From Eledone cirrhosa (lineage: Eukaryota): 64,000 nt of DNA. The notes beneath the pieces are model-generated. The model was not told the origin of the DNA. It worked only from the letters and a program-made list of their open reading frames with translations, and made no database searches. The stretch is taken from NCBI GenBank assembly GCA_964016885.1, contig OZ024744.1:68386001-68450000 (forward strand), in the 5' to 3' direction. Below, one piece after another: positions 26,508-39,596 of this stretch. The translations under genes were made by a program, and so were the position numbers. Position 1 is the first letter of the stretch. Each line of letters begins with the position of its first letter.

Positions 26508-26984
26508 TAATAATAGTAATGATAATAATAATAATAATAATAGTACACTATTAATAATTATTAATGCACTCGTGCAATGCCTGTGCGTGACGAATATTTT
26601 TAAAGTGAGGAAAGACTGTGCACTGAGCCAATTCCACTCTCTGAGCGACAGTAGCTATAACCCGAAAAGAAGAAAAGATCAACATCATCGGTAACTACTG
26701 AGCCGCAGATTTTATATCGGAGTTAACCCAGTTTCCTGAGATGCCTTCTCCTAGAAGAATACCCTGACAAGGGCTAGGCGTTCTTCACTCCCAGTGGTTT
26801 AAATGCGCGATCGGGCATCCAGCCTGATTATTTCTATGTCCCCGCGTAAAAAAAAAAAAAAAAAAAAAATCACTTATTGACACTTATACGTACGACATAC
26901 ACACACACACATACATATGCGCGCACACAGGAACACTCATACATACAACAAACACACACACACGCTACTCTACTCACTTACACG

Positions 26985-27015
<31 letters not shown>

Positions 27016-27075
27016 TACCGTCATTACTGATACAAGATTACAAGATTATGTCAACTGTTGACTTTCAAGAGTTTG

Positions 27076-27126
27076 CATACATACATACATACATACATAC
27101 ATACATACATACATACATACATACAT

Positions 27127-27157
<31 letters not shown>

Positions 27158-27214
27158 TACATACATACATACATACATACATACATACATACATACATAC
27201 ATACATACATACAT
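27076..27214. repeat. (CATA)n microsatellite
   Basis: Direct inspection. Confidence 0.95.
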
Positions 27215-28109
27215 AGTATTTGAAAATTGGATACTATCATTAAATGAAAATGGAATAGGAACCCTCAAATCACTAGCTACGAGTGTATGATTGACTAAAA
27301 CCTGTGGGAACTGGGAATCGCCAATGGGAGTCATTCGCATGAACAATGATTGCCCTTAAGCTTTCTCGTCATAGGGCATGAAAAGAACGTAGGACTATCG
27401 AATGTAAATTTACATTGAACCCGCAAACTGTATATTGCCCCTGGAGTTATTCAGATAACGTATATGAGTCTGAAATGTAAACAAGCAGCTCGATGCTTGT
27501 TTAGTATAATTAAGTACGCTACGAAGTGGAAAACTACCAAAATGGAAAATTACGTGGGAGAGAACTGATAACCGAATATTGATATACATAGAATTCTTAC
27601 ATTCTACAGGGAAGTTCACATCAGCCTGTTAAACACCCTCTCTCCCCTCCCCCCAAATAAAACAACAACAAAACAATAAGAAAACAATAGAGGTTAAACC
27701 GGTTGTGTTAAACTGACTGACAATTGCACTGGCAACACTCATATTTAGAATTCTAGAGATATATGTAGGAAACAACTGCAAGTCCATTGCATGTACACAG
27801 ATAACTGGAATATGTTTCTCAAAGATCAAGGTGAAATAAATGATAGTGTGACTAAATGAATGAGCAAGTATGAGAAAGAAAAGATTTAAAGCTGTGTTAA
27901 ACAGATTCTTAGCGGATCTAATCATACGGAGACAAAACTACAATGACCAATTCTAGAGACAGCTTGGCTAGAGTCTATAAAGAGTTAGGCCTTATTTCTT
28001 ACTTAGGGATACTAGAGTCACTACCCCTTGCCAAAGTTAGTTCCAGCTGCTATAGAAAAATATATCTAATTAAACAATGTACATACATACCTACATACAT
28101 ACATACATA

Positions 28110-31100
28110 TTAGAGACTTTTTATTAAATTTAAGATGAATACTATCTCCGACAGTAATGCCACAACTACAGTCAGGTTGAATAACTGGTTATTCTTCTAA
28201 CTATCCCTTCTGAAGACACCTTTTATTCGAATTCGTAGAGATATTCGACTAAATACATAATTCATTTTACAAGGATTTGCTACAAACAGCATGGCTGAAC
28301 ACAACATCAACAAAAAAATTAAGGAAGTACCGAAGACAAATAACAAAGAAGGTAATCAAACTTTATTCAGTTGTAGCTACAGAAGAAACCGAAATTATAA
28401 ATCGCATTTCTCTTGGAGTTGCGAACTCAATAATGATTTATTTAATTGTTATAAAATGGCAAAAAACAATCCCTCCATTGGCTATATGAACAGAATGAAG
28501 CTACAGCGGGACGAAATGCACCCAGAGCTAAATTATTTCACAGTGAAACGATGTTTGTTGAAAGTAAAAATAAGATAAATAGTATTAATTGTAAGTCCCC
28601 CACAACAAACACGGGATCAACTGCACGTGCTACAGGTCGCCATGCTGCTAGAATTCCTAGCAGCCAGGTCGAACAGCATCTTGAAACAACTATGCCTGTA
28701 AGAAACTTGACACCACCTGTACCATATAAGTCTACCCCGAATGCTGGGGAAAACATTATTGATAATAATAATAATCGAAGAAATTTGACACCACGTGTAC
28801 CATCCGAGTCTACCTCGACTATTGTGGAAAATACTATCGATAATGATAATCAAAAGAATTAACAATTGAAATTTCCCTCAATGAAATCTACTAGAGAGAA
28901 ATTAACTCATGTATAAATATCTCTCTTGCTGAACGTGTTAAAACGACAATGTTGTATAAAAAACTAAATAATGAAATATTACGTGTTATTGACGAAATAG
29001 GGGATGAATATTTACGACGGATAAAAACCCCAACATTTTGGCAAATCAACGCCTGTTTATATGCCTTAGCAATGACAGTGAAGCATTATCTTGGTGATAG
29101 CAGAGATATTAACAAGAACAAAACACCACCAAAAATATCATCATATATAACTAAAATAGAAAAAAGATTGCTGACCTACGAAAAAACATAGGATATGTGA
29201 CAATGCTCCTTACATGAAAACAAACACAAAAACCCTCACTCGTCACCAACAAAGAGTGAAAAATAAAATAGAGACGAAGTTTGGTAACAGAAGAACCAAA
29301 ACTCTTCAATATAAGCTGATCACCCTCAAACAAGAATAGACATCTGTTAGCGAAAAACGCCAATACCTGAAGCAGGTAGATGAAAGAAAAGTGCTTAATA
29401 AAATATTCAGACGAAATAAAACATCAGTCTATAGAGATATGAAGGGCAAAATAATAAGTGTCACTGAGGCCCCATCCCAGAAAGACATAGATTCCTTTTG
29501 GAGCAAAATATGGGGTGAAAAGAAGAATTTCAACCAAGATGCAGTGTGGCTAAGAGAAATCCAAAAGAACTATTGCTCCTACACTACAATAAAAAGATAC
29601 GAAATAAGTGAGGGTACCCTTGAGACTGTGATAGGAAAACTCCATGATAAGAAAACACCAGGAAGAGACATGATTGTCGGCTACTGGTACAAAAAACTGA
29701 TATTCTATCGGAGGTATCTTACTGACCTCTACCAACAAGTTCTTAAGGGAGATACACTTATACCAGAATGGTTGACATTAGCACAAACATTACTGGTCCC
29801 CAAGAACAAAGACATCCACTTGGCAAAAAACTACCGACCCATTGCATGCCAGAACCTGATGTATAAGATGTATACAGCCTGTCTGAACCTATTCCTCCAA
29901 GATCACTGTGAAAATAATAACATCATCACAGATAAACAAGCAGCTGGAAAGAAAGGGGTTTGGGGATGTGCTAATCAACAAAACTGCGATGTCGGAGGTG
30001 CGACAACTTAGGACTACAGGAAAGCTTTCGATTCTGATCCCCACTCTTGGATGATAGAGGCCCTCCAACTTGCTAAAGTCCCAGACATTATTGTCAGAGC
30101 CATAGAGAAGCTGTCTTCTTCTTGGGCTGCTATCCTAAGGTTAAAGACAGAGAGGGAGGACTCTATTTTCACTGATAAAATAAAATATTGCAGGGGTATA
30201 TTTCAGGGGGACAGTCTCTCTGTGATATTGTTCATCTTTTATTGTTCACCCTAGTCATTTCTTTTCAAGAAATGTGAGGGATACATCATTGGCTCACAGG
30301 AGGACAGAAATACGAACCTAACCCATAATTTCTTTGTGGACGATCTGAAACTCTATGCCAAGAACATGGATGGGATGAAGAAAAATCTTGACCTGGTTAC
30401 AACGTTCTCAAAGGATATAGGAATGGAGTTTGGCCAAGATAAATGCTCATACATGACTGTAAAGCGGGGTAAAACAACAACCCAATCTAGCAACATTGTC
30501 ATCAATGGCCTAACTGTTTCACCGATATCTGATGAGGACTGCTACAGATACCTGGGGATAGATGAGAACATATCCTATAATGGTATCTGTAATAAATAAC
30601 GCGTAACCAAGGAATACTACACCCGATTAAGAAAGATCTGGTCATCGGAACTCTCTGCGCAAAACAAAACAGTGGCTCACAATGTGTTTGCTGTGCGTGT
30701 CTTAACACCAACGTTTGGAATACTCAATTGGACGATAGACGAAATCCGAGCAGTTGATGTTGGAACTCGAAAAATACTAAACAACACCGGAAACTTCCAC
30801 ATCAACAGTGACATAGACCGCCTTTACTTGAAACATAAGCAGGGAGGCAGAGGCCAAACATCAGTCCAGACAGCATTTGAATGTCGCATCATATCTCTCC
30901 GACAACATCTACGAACCTCGAAGCGTAGGAGCCCGTTTCTCGAGCAAGTCTATCTGCATGAAACAAATAAGATCATGAGAGTTGGGAAGGAACTCCTCGA
31001 GAGATATTCCCTATGTGATAATCAAAAACTCACACCCAGGGATGTCGCTCAGCAGTATCGCAGTGAATCCATGGATGAAAAACTGCATGCCTATCAGCAA

Positions 31101-32220
31101 AAAATCATGCATGGATATGTTGCCAGGAAGCTCCAGAGTGAGAGTAATAGATAAGGAAAGTAGTCTATCTTGGATCAACAACCGCTATATTGGCTCCCAC
31201 TTTGAAGGATACGCTTTTGCAATCCAGGAACAGGAGATTAGCACGAAATACCTGATTCACAAAAGAGATAGTGATGCAGGCAAAACACCTAGATGTGATA
31301 ACAAGTGCAGACTCTGCAGAACTAACATCGAGGATATCACCCATATCATCAGCAGCTATCCAAAGATGTCATCCCGGTACTATCTACCTATGAGGCATGA
31401 TGTAGTGGCCAAAGCACTGTACAATGCAGTTCGTAAAAAAGATAACCCCGAAAATAAACGCATTAAAAGCTACAGCAATGTGGAAGACATCCATGTACAT
31501 AATATGAAAGAGTAATGGTGGAATGTTCCAGTAAAAACCCCAATACAATGCAAGCATAACAGACCAGATATTATGATATGGGACAGGGAGAAGAAAACAT
31601 GCACAGTAGTGGAAATTAGCTGCCCAGCAGATGCCAATATATTATCAAAGATTAGTGAAAAGGAGAACATTTATGCAGAACTGATGAGAAATCTGCAGAT
31701 ACTCCACCCTGATTATTCCTTCAGATTTATACCTGTGATTATTGGGGCACTGGGGTATGTTAGTAATTGCCTCAATACAAAACTTGAGAAACTAGGCTTC
31801 ACAGGAACAGAAAGAACACAACTAGTTAGGAAATTACAAGTACAATCCATTAATGGAACAGTAAACATATGTAAAACATTCCAAAAATGTTGCATCTATG
31901 AACTGCATATACACATGTACAGATACTAAGCATATACACATGCACACATACAACTCAAAACATACACATCCACACATACAATAACATCCATATCTACACA
32001 TGCATGCATACATACATAATCTACCTAGTTGATGTTGTGTAAATTCCAAAGAGTCAGTCTTGTGTCTATGTTAGAAACCGACTCTCTCTCTATTGGCAAA
32101 CATTCGTGAAATTACAAAACCAGAAGAATATACATACATACATACATACATACATACATACATACATACATACATACATACATACATACATACATACATA
32201 CATACATACATACATAAATA
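28110..32220 (+). mobile_element. R4/Dong-like RLE non-LTR retrotransposon, decayed, flanked by (TACA)n
   Basis: RT: NYRPIACQN, GIFQGDSLS, FVDDLKL, YRYLG. Then IDRLYL..GGRG, a CRLC..EDITHIISS knuckle, RHD, and RPDI..WD..VVEISCP RLE motifs. (TACA)n lies at ~28079-28108 and 32130-32216. Confidence 0.9.
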
Positions 32221-32304
32221 TATACCTAGTATGTATATATTTATGGATAAAAATTTCTAAAGTTATGAAACCAGAAGAACATACATATATACATACAGAA
32301 AACG

Positions 32305-32625
32305 ACTAGTTAGGAAATTACAAGTACAATCCATTAATGGAACAGTAAAAATATGGAAAACATTTCATAAATTATGCATCTAATAACTGCATATACACAT
32401 GTACAGACACAAAGCATATGGACATGCACACATACAACTCAAAACATACACATACACACATACAATAACATCCATACCTGCACACACATGCATGCAGACA
32501 TACATATCTACCTAGTTGATGTGTAAATTCCAATGAGAGAGTCTTGTGTCTATGTTAGAAACCGACTCTCTCACTATTGGTAAAACTTTGTGAAGTTATA
32601 AAACCAGAAGAACATACATACATAC
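32305..32625 (+). mobile_element. Second tandem 3'-end copy of the same Dong-like family
   Basis: actagttaggaaattacaagtacaatcc...aaaaccagaagaacatacatac repeats 31821-32140 with divergence. Confidence 0.85.
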
Positions 32626-33425
32626 ATGATGATGGCTGCCCCCTCATTATCGAGTATGGCCATTGCACGAAAAAAAAATCATAATAATAATAATGATAAT
32701 AATAATAATAACAACATTAATAATAATAATAATAACGATAATAATAACAACAACAACAGCAACAATAATAATATACATATATACACACAAAGACATAAAC
32801 ATATCTACACACACACTCACGCGCGCGATAGCAATTAACAGTGCTGCGATCGAATATGGCTTTTTAGCCCAGCCAATGATCTAAAATGTCTTGCACAGAG
32901 TCGGCAACCAAAACATTCACTGGGAATAGCCGGCTGTGGTTGGAGTTCGTGTACTTTTGCATGTCGCTTGAGCCCTCCTGCTGATTTACATTCTCTACCA
33001 CATGTTTGGCAAGCATGATGAGTAGCATCTCCAACAGCAGCCTGGTAGTCAACCACTGGTCTTACTTTATGACTGCGAAGATGACTTTCGAGTCCAGCTT
33101 TGCTTAGGCAGAGTCTCGCACAGACGCTGCATGTCAGCACCATAGGAGGACCCTCGCCGTCTGGAAGTGCAACAGCAATGCCCTTCCTCACGTCCCGCTT
33201 TACTTTCTCGTATGCCATTCGAGATGCCTCAAAAGCAACTTTCCCCTCATGTACAGTCTTTCTCCATTTATTACGATCATCAGCAACATTTTCCCATGTA
33301 TCAGCAGAGATGTTAGCGTCTTTCAAAGAGGCTTTCAAGGAATCCTTATATTCTTTTTGGGTTTATGTAGAGGTCGTTTTCCTTTAACTAATTCTCCATA
33401 AAAGAGTTGTTTTGGTATTCTAGAA
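32626..33425 (-). mobile_element. 5'-truncated copy of the zinc-finger RTE
   Basis: ORF 32835..33338 is nearly identical to 23370..23873, with the same 3' terminus gatggctgccccctc(a/g)ttatcgagtatggcca. Confidence 0.92.
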
Positions 33426-33427
33426 CC

Positions 33428-35905
33428 CATCGTCCATAACCGCATGTTTGACAACAACCAGAAGATGTTGTTTGGACAGCTTGAAGGGAAAGAAAGAGGC
33501 AACGACTTGATCTCTGAGGCGGAACAGAATAAGACATTCTGGAGAGGAATATGGGAGCAGGATGTTAAACATAATGACCAGGCAGTGTGGATTGAGACAG
33601 TACAAAAGGAGATTAGTGAACAGGCACACCAACAAACTGCTTTGAGTATCACAGTTGAAACTCTTAAAGGGCAGGCCAAAAAAACTAAACAACTGAAAAT
33701 CACCTGGCCCAGATGGTGTGCATGGGTATTAGATTAAAAATATAACATCCTTCCACTCGAAACTGACAACCATGTTCAATGACTGCTTTATATCAGGTGA
33801 GGGCGAGAGTTGTTGACAAAAGGTACCACAGTTCTGATAATGAAAGACCGAATCAAGGGTAATGATGATACCAACTATAGACCTATCACATGTCTGTCCG
33901 TAATGTGGAAATTGTTGACAAGCATTGTGTCTGAGGAAATCTACCATCACCTCCACACAAACAACTTGTTACCGGACGAACATAAAGGATGCCGAAAGAA
34001 GTCCCGTGGTACAAAGGACCAGTTACTTATTGATAAGATGGTAACGAGGAATTGCAAGAGGAGACACACTGGTCTTGCCATGGGATGGATAGACTACAAA
34101 AAGGCATTTGACATGGTGCCTCATTCTTGGATCACCAAAAGCCTAGAGATCTTCAATGTGCCAGATAACATCAGACAGTTGTTGAGCAAAAGTATGAAGT
34201 ACTGGAAAACAGAGTTAACATCAGCTAGAGAATCCTTGGGAGGCGTGAAGATCAAGAGAGGTATCTTCCATGGAGATAGTATGTCCCCTCTGTTGTTTGT
34301 CCTTGCCCTGATGCTCCTGACCATTATACTGCGAAAGGTGAGAGCAGGATACAAGTTGGGAAAGGGAGAGCTTACCATCAATCACTTCCTCTTCATGGAC
34401 GATCTTAAGCTCTTCGAGAAGAGTGAGAATGACTTGGATGTGCTTATTGACACTGTCCGTATTTTCAGCAATGATATATGTATGCAGTTTGGTATTAGTA
34501 AGTGTGGAGTCCTTGTGGTGAAGAGGGGTAAATTGAGCAGAAGCAACGGAATCCAAGTACCAACAGGTGAGATGACAAAGGAAATTGACACTGAGGAAGG
34601 ATACAAGTATTTGGGTGTTCTGGAGGCTGATGACATCAAGGAAAAAAAATGAAGGAATTGATAAGATCTGAATACATTCGGAGAGTAAGGAGCGTATTAA
34701 AGTCACATCTGAACAGTAGGAATGCCATAAGTGCAGTAAATTCCCGAGCTGTGTCTATTATTAGGTACAGTGCGGGAATTCTGAGATGGAATGTTGCTGA
34801 ACAAAAAGAAATGGATAGGAAGACTAGGAAGCTATTGACTATCTACAATATGTTCCACAAGAGGAGTGATGTCGATAGACTCTACTTAAGGAGATCTGAG
34901 GGTGGAAGAGGTCTTATCAGCATAGAGGACTGTGTTCAGATCGAGAAAAACAACCTACACAAGTACGTGACTGATAGTAAGGAGCCAATGCTCAGAATTG
35001 TACTGAAGGAGAGGACAATAAACCAGGGGATGTCCAAGGAGGAAATAACAACAAGGAGAAAGAGCAACCTTCAGGAAAAATCCCTTCATAGTACATTATT
35101 TGAGAAAACTGAATTCAGAGATCCACCGACATGGAACTGGTTGAAAAGAGGAGACCTTAAAAAGGCTACAGAAGGAATGCTAATGGCTGCGCAAGAGCAG
35201 GCTCTCAAAACGAAGTGGCTGAAACACCATATTTACAAGGAGGAGGCTAGCCCACTGTGCAGGATCTGTGGAGAGAGAGAGGAGACTGTGGCTCACATTG
35301 TATCCGAGTGTAAACACCTAGCCCAGACTCACTATAAAGGCTGGAGACATGATGTGATGGGCAGGGTGATCCACTGGCACCTATGCAAAGTAAACAATTT
35401 ACGATATTCTGAGAAGTGGTATGAGATTAAACCAGAGTCGGTGATAGAAAACGATCAGGTGAAGGTGCTGTGGGATTTTAGGATACAGACGGAGAAGAAA
35501 CTGGAACAGAATAGACCTGGCATGGTGGTTTTGGACAAGGAAAAAGATCGTGCCTGATTGTGGCTGTGGCCTGCCCATTCGACACGAGAGTGTAAGAGAA
35601 GGAGAGGGAGAAAATTAACCGATACCAGGAGAAAGTGGGAGGGAAAAAGGATTTGGAACTGCCATGAAGTCAAAGTGGTCCCGATTGTTATAGGCACACT
35701 AGGTACTATCTCAAAAAGTTTCCAGGGATGGTTAAAGAAGATTGGCGCCGCCCCGCTTTTTGGAAAACTTCAAAAGGCATGCTTGCTGGGGACAGCAAGA
35801 ACCCTCCGATACGTCCTGAATATCTGAGGCTGCAGTTAGTGGCTTGATATTCATTTCAACAAACTTTCTAGTTAACTAACATCAATGACTGAGACTCAAA
35901 GAACA
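33428..35905 (+). mobile_element. R4/Dong-like RLE retrotransposon 2 (5'-truncated, frameshifted) with a (TAA)n tail
   Basis: [75 protein letters not shown]. Confidence 0.92.
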
Positions 35906-35925
35906 ATAATAATAATAATAATAAC

Positions 35926-35957
<32 letters not shown>

Positions 35958-35958
<1 letters not shown>

Positions 35959-38900
35959 TGATGTTAGAAAATGAAGCATGTGTCAGTGAAAACGAGGTAA
36001 ACTGTAACACTTCGAATCCCAGGGTTGGGGCGGAATCACTGGCAACAGAACAAATTAAAGAAAGGAGCGAAAAAGTGGAGGGAGTGCATGCTCAGTATGA
36101 AACTGCAAATGAAAATAATGAGATCGTAAATGATAAAGAAATGAATGAGAATGAACTTGCCAACTTGAAGGATGAAATTATGATCGAATGGATGAAAATG
36201 AAAGAATCTGACATGGGGCAACGAGACACCCTCCCTAAGATCCAGAACTCCAAACAGAACCAAAAGATAATACACAAGACTAACATAATTCTCAAAAACA
36301 TTATCATCACAAACAAACTAAACATTACTGACTTAAATCATCTCTATTATGCATCGGCTAAAGTCACCACTCACTTATGTGGAGTGAAGATGAAAAAACA
36401 AAGGAATTCCCACAAGAAATCTACTTGGCAAGATAACATCAATCGCCAAATAAACCTTCTCGGATCTGACATAGAAATTTTAACAAACTATAAGGTAGGT
36501 GAACATGTTAAACAAACTAAACTTAGAAAATTGAAAAAAAAGTACAGTATAAGATCAACATGTGACATAGACATGCTGATAGAAACAATCAAGCAAAAAG
36601 TGTCGGCCAAAGCTGCTCGTATAAGGCGCTTTGAAAAACGATCTAGATTCTATAAGGACAATAATATGTTCAAAAACAACCAAAGAAAATTCTACAGAAA
36701 AATTGACAAGTCAACAATAACTGCTAAATCAATACCACCCAAGGAGGAAGTGCAAGAATTCTGGGGAAAGATCTGGGCCGAAGAAAAAGTTCATAACATA
36801 CATGCCCCATGGATAGACAGACAAATGAAAGATACAGCTCACCTTGAGGAACAAACATGGGAAAATATAACAGTTGAACAGTTGCGCTTGGCTCTAAGAA
36901 AAACCAGCAAATGGAAATCCCCAGGAAAAGACAAAATACAAAACTTTTGGATAAATGCCTTCACAGAGTCTCATGAGCTGTTAGCCCAACTTTACAATGA
37001 AATAGTTAAGGAGCCAGAAAAGATACCATCATGGCTAGTTAACGGTATTACATTCCTGCTACCGAAGAATGATGAGACAAACAATCCCAAAAATTACAGA
37101 CCGATAACCTGCTTGACCACAATGTATAAAATTTTAACATCAGTCCTAACTGAATACACATATGACCACCTGATAACAAATGACCTATTTCCCATTGAGC
37201 AGAAAGGGTGTAAACGAGGCTCATATGGCTGTAAGGATCAGCTTCTGGTTAACAAAATGATACTGGAAGATTGTCATAATAGACACAAACATCTATCGAT
37301 TGCTTGGATAGATTATAAAAAAGCATTCGATAGTTTGCCACACAGTTGGATTGAAAATTTTTTAGAGATTTTCAAAATATCCCCCGTTGTCAGGAGGTTT
37401 TTGTCATTCAGTATGAAGACATGGAGATCGACACTCCTTTTGAATAGTGAAACAAAATCACTGGAAGCTGGATAAGTTAATATTAATTGTGGAATTTTTC
37501 AGGGTGATTCTTTATCACCGCTTTTATTCTGCATCGCACTTATACCATTAAGTAAAATGCTCAATGAAACAAAACATGGATATAGAGTCTATGACAAAAC
37601 CATTAATCACCTGTTCTACATGGATGACCTGAAACTATTTGCAAAAAATGATGAACAATTGCAAGGGCTATTATCCACTGTGAAGCAGTTCAGTGATGAC
37701 ATTAAAATGGAGTTTGGACTGGATAAATGCGCCAAAGCAACGTTCACCAGAGGGAAGCTGCTGAAGAGTTCAGACATTAATCTTGATCGGGGGAACGTGA
37801 TAAGAGAGCTTGATCAAGAAAAAACTTACAAATATCTAGGTGTTTGTGAAGGAGACGGAATCAAGCACTCGACAATGAGGGAAAGGATAAGGAAGGAATG
37901 TTACCGCAGAGTCAGAGCAATCTTAAGAACGGAATTGAATGCAAGGAATAGGATCGATGCCATAAACACGCTTGCCATACCAGTAGTAACCTACAGTTAC
38001 AATGTCATCAACTGGTCAAGCACAGAGATCCGTAGGCTCGATACAAAAATCCGAAAATTCTTAACCATGCACAGAATGCATCACCCTAAGGCAGACATAG
38101 ATAGAATATATCTCCCTAGGAAAGAAGGAGGACGTGGGTTAATCCAGTTAGACATTGCGTTGAAAACTGCAACAATTGGATTATCCACATATCTAAGGGA
38201 ATCACATGATTGGATGATCAAACTCGTTTCGAAACACGAAAGCACCAAAAGATCATATTCCATTACAAAAGATGCACAAAGATACAGTAATGGACTACAA
38301 ATTTCAGAAGTCCCATTTACTGCTGAAATGGAAAACACAGAAAAAGCAAAGCAGGTAAAAGTAACTGCAAAGAAAGAACTGCTACAGAAACTGGCTAAGA
38401 AATGGCAAGAAAAGCCTCTGTATGGAAAATACCCAGAGCGAGCTAACAATCCTGATGTTGACAAAACTTTAACCCATCAGTGGTTGGCATCCTCTGGACT
38501 GAAATCGGAGACTGAAGGACTGATTATATCGGCACAAGATCAGTGTCTGCCAACAAAAAATTACCAAGCCAACATAATAAAAAATGGGTGCAGCCCATTA
38601 TGCCGTGTATGCAAAAAACAACCAGAGACCATTGACCATATAATTTCAATGTGCAGTCCTATAGCTCCAACCGAATACCTAAACAGGCATGACAGAGCTG
38701 CACAATACATACACTGGATAATGTGTAAGCATTTTGACCTGCCCCATCAAAAGAATTGGTGGGAGCATCAACCACCTCCCATACTTGAAAAAGATCACAT
38801 CTCAATCTTGTGGAACTTTAGCATCCAAACAGACCGAAAAATAGATGCAAATAGACCTGATATAATATTGAAGGACTTTCAAAGGAGGGTATGCCTGCTA

Positions 38901-39167
38901 ATTGGTATGTCTGTTCCAATAGACAAGAATGTATCTATAAACACATTTGAAAAATTGAGCAAGTATAAGGACCTGGAGATAGAAATTGGAAAAATGTGGA
39001 AATTGAGAACTAAAACAATACCAGTGGTTGTAGGCGCTCTGGGAATGATACCTAAGGGGTCTAACGAATACTTATCGCAAATCCCAGGAAACCCACGTAT
39101 AGGAGAAATACAAAAGATAGTACTAATTGGAACTGCCCATATACTAAGGAAGATCCTGTCAATATAA
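35958..39167 (+). pseudogene. RT + CCHC knuckle + restriction-like endonuclease ORF with one premature stop at 37473-37475
   Basis: [38 protein letters not shown]...ETIDHIISMC, RHD, NRPDII, KLSKYKDL, IPVVVGALG. Confidence 0.9.
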
Positions 39168-39307
39168 GTACATCACAAGTCTAAACACTAAGGATGCATG
39201 TGTGAATATGTATGTTCTTTCTTGAACATGGCGGACATTGTTGTCTCTTGAGGTCACTGGTTGTGACTTGGTGATAACTCGTATGAACATAAAGCAAGAT
39301 AAATGCA

Positions 39308-39309
<2 letters not shown>
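35958..39309 (+). mobile_element. R4/Dong-like RLE retrotransposon 3, near-intact, in (TAA)n on both sides
   Basis: ORFs 35958..37475 and 37557..39167 are in the same frame, split by one stop. (AAT)n lies at 35905-35958 and 39309-39352. Confidence 0.93.
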
Positions 39310-39353
<44 letters not shown>

Positions 39354-39596
39354 TTTTCTTTATTAACCACAAGGGTTTACATAAAGTAGACATTAAGGAC
39401 AGTACAGGACAATACAGGACGGTACAAATGGGCATTTCTGCGTGTAAAAAAAACAGAGGATGAAATAATATAACAAAGAAAAATTCCCCAATAGGGGGGA
39501 CACTTCCGAGGGACATTTGTGGAGAAAGCCCATTAAAAGACCACAGTGGCCCTGACCACCAGGGCAAGTGCCCTCTCCCAGTTTTCCACCTTTAAT

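Noticed and set aside
28203-28245. CTGAAGA...GAATTCGTA near the Dong-1 5' end as a 5' ribozyme
   Set aside because: Stem II is unpaired and GAAA is absent.
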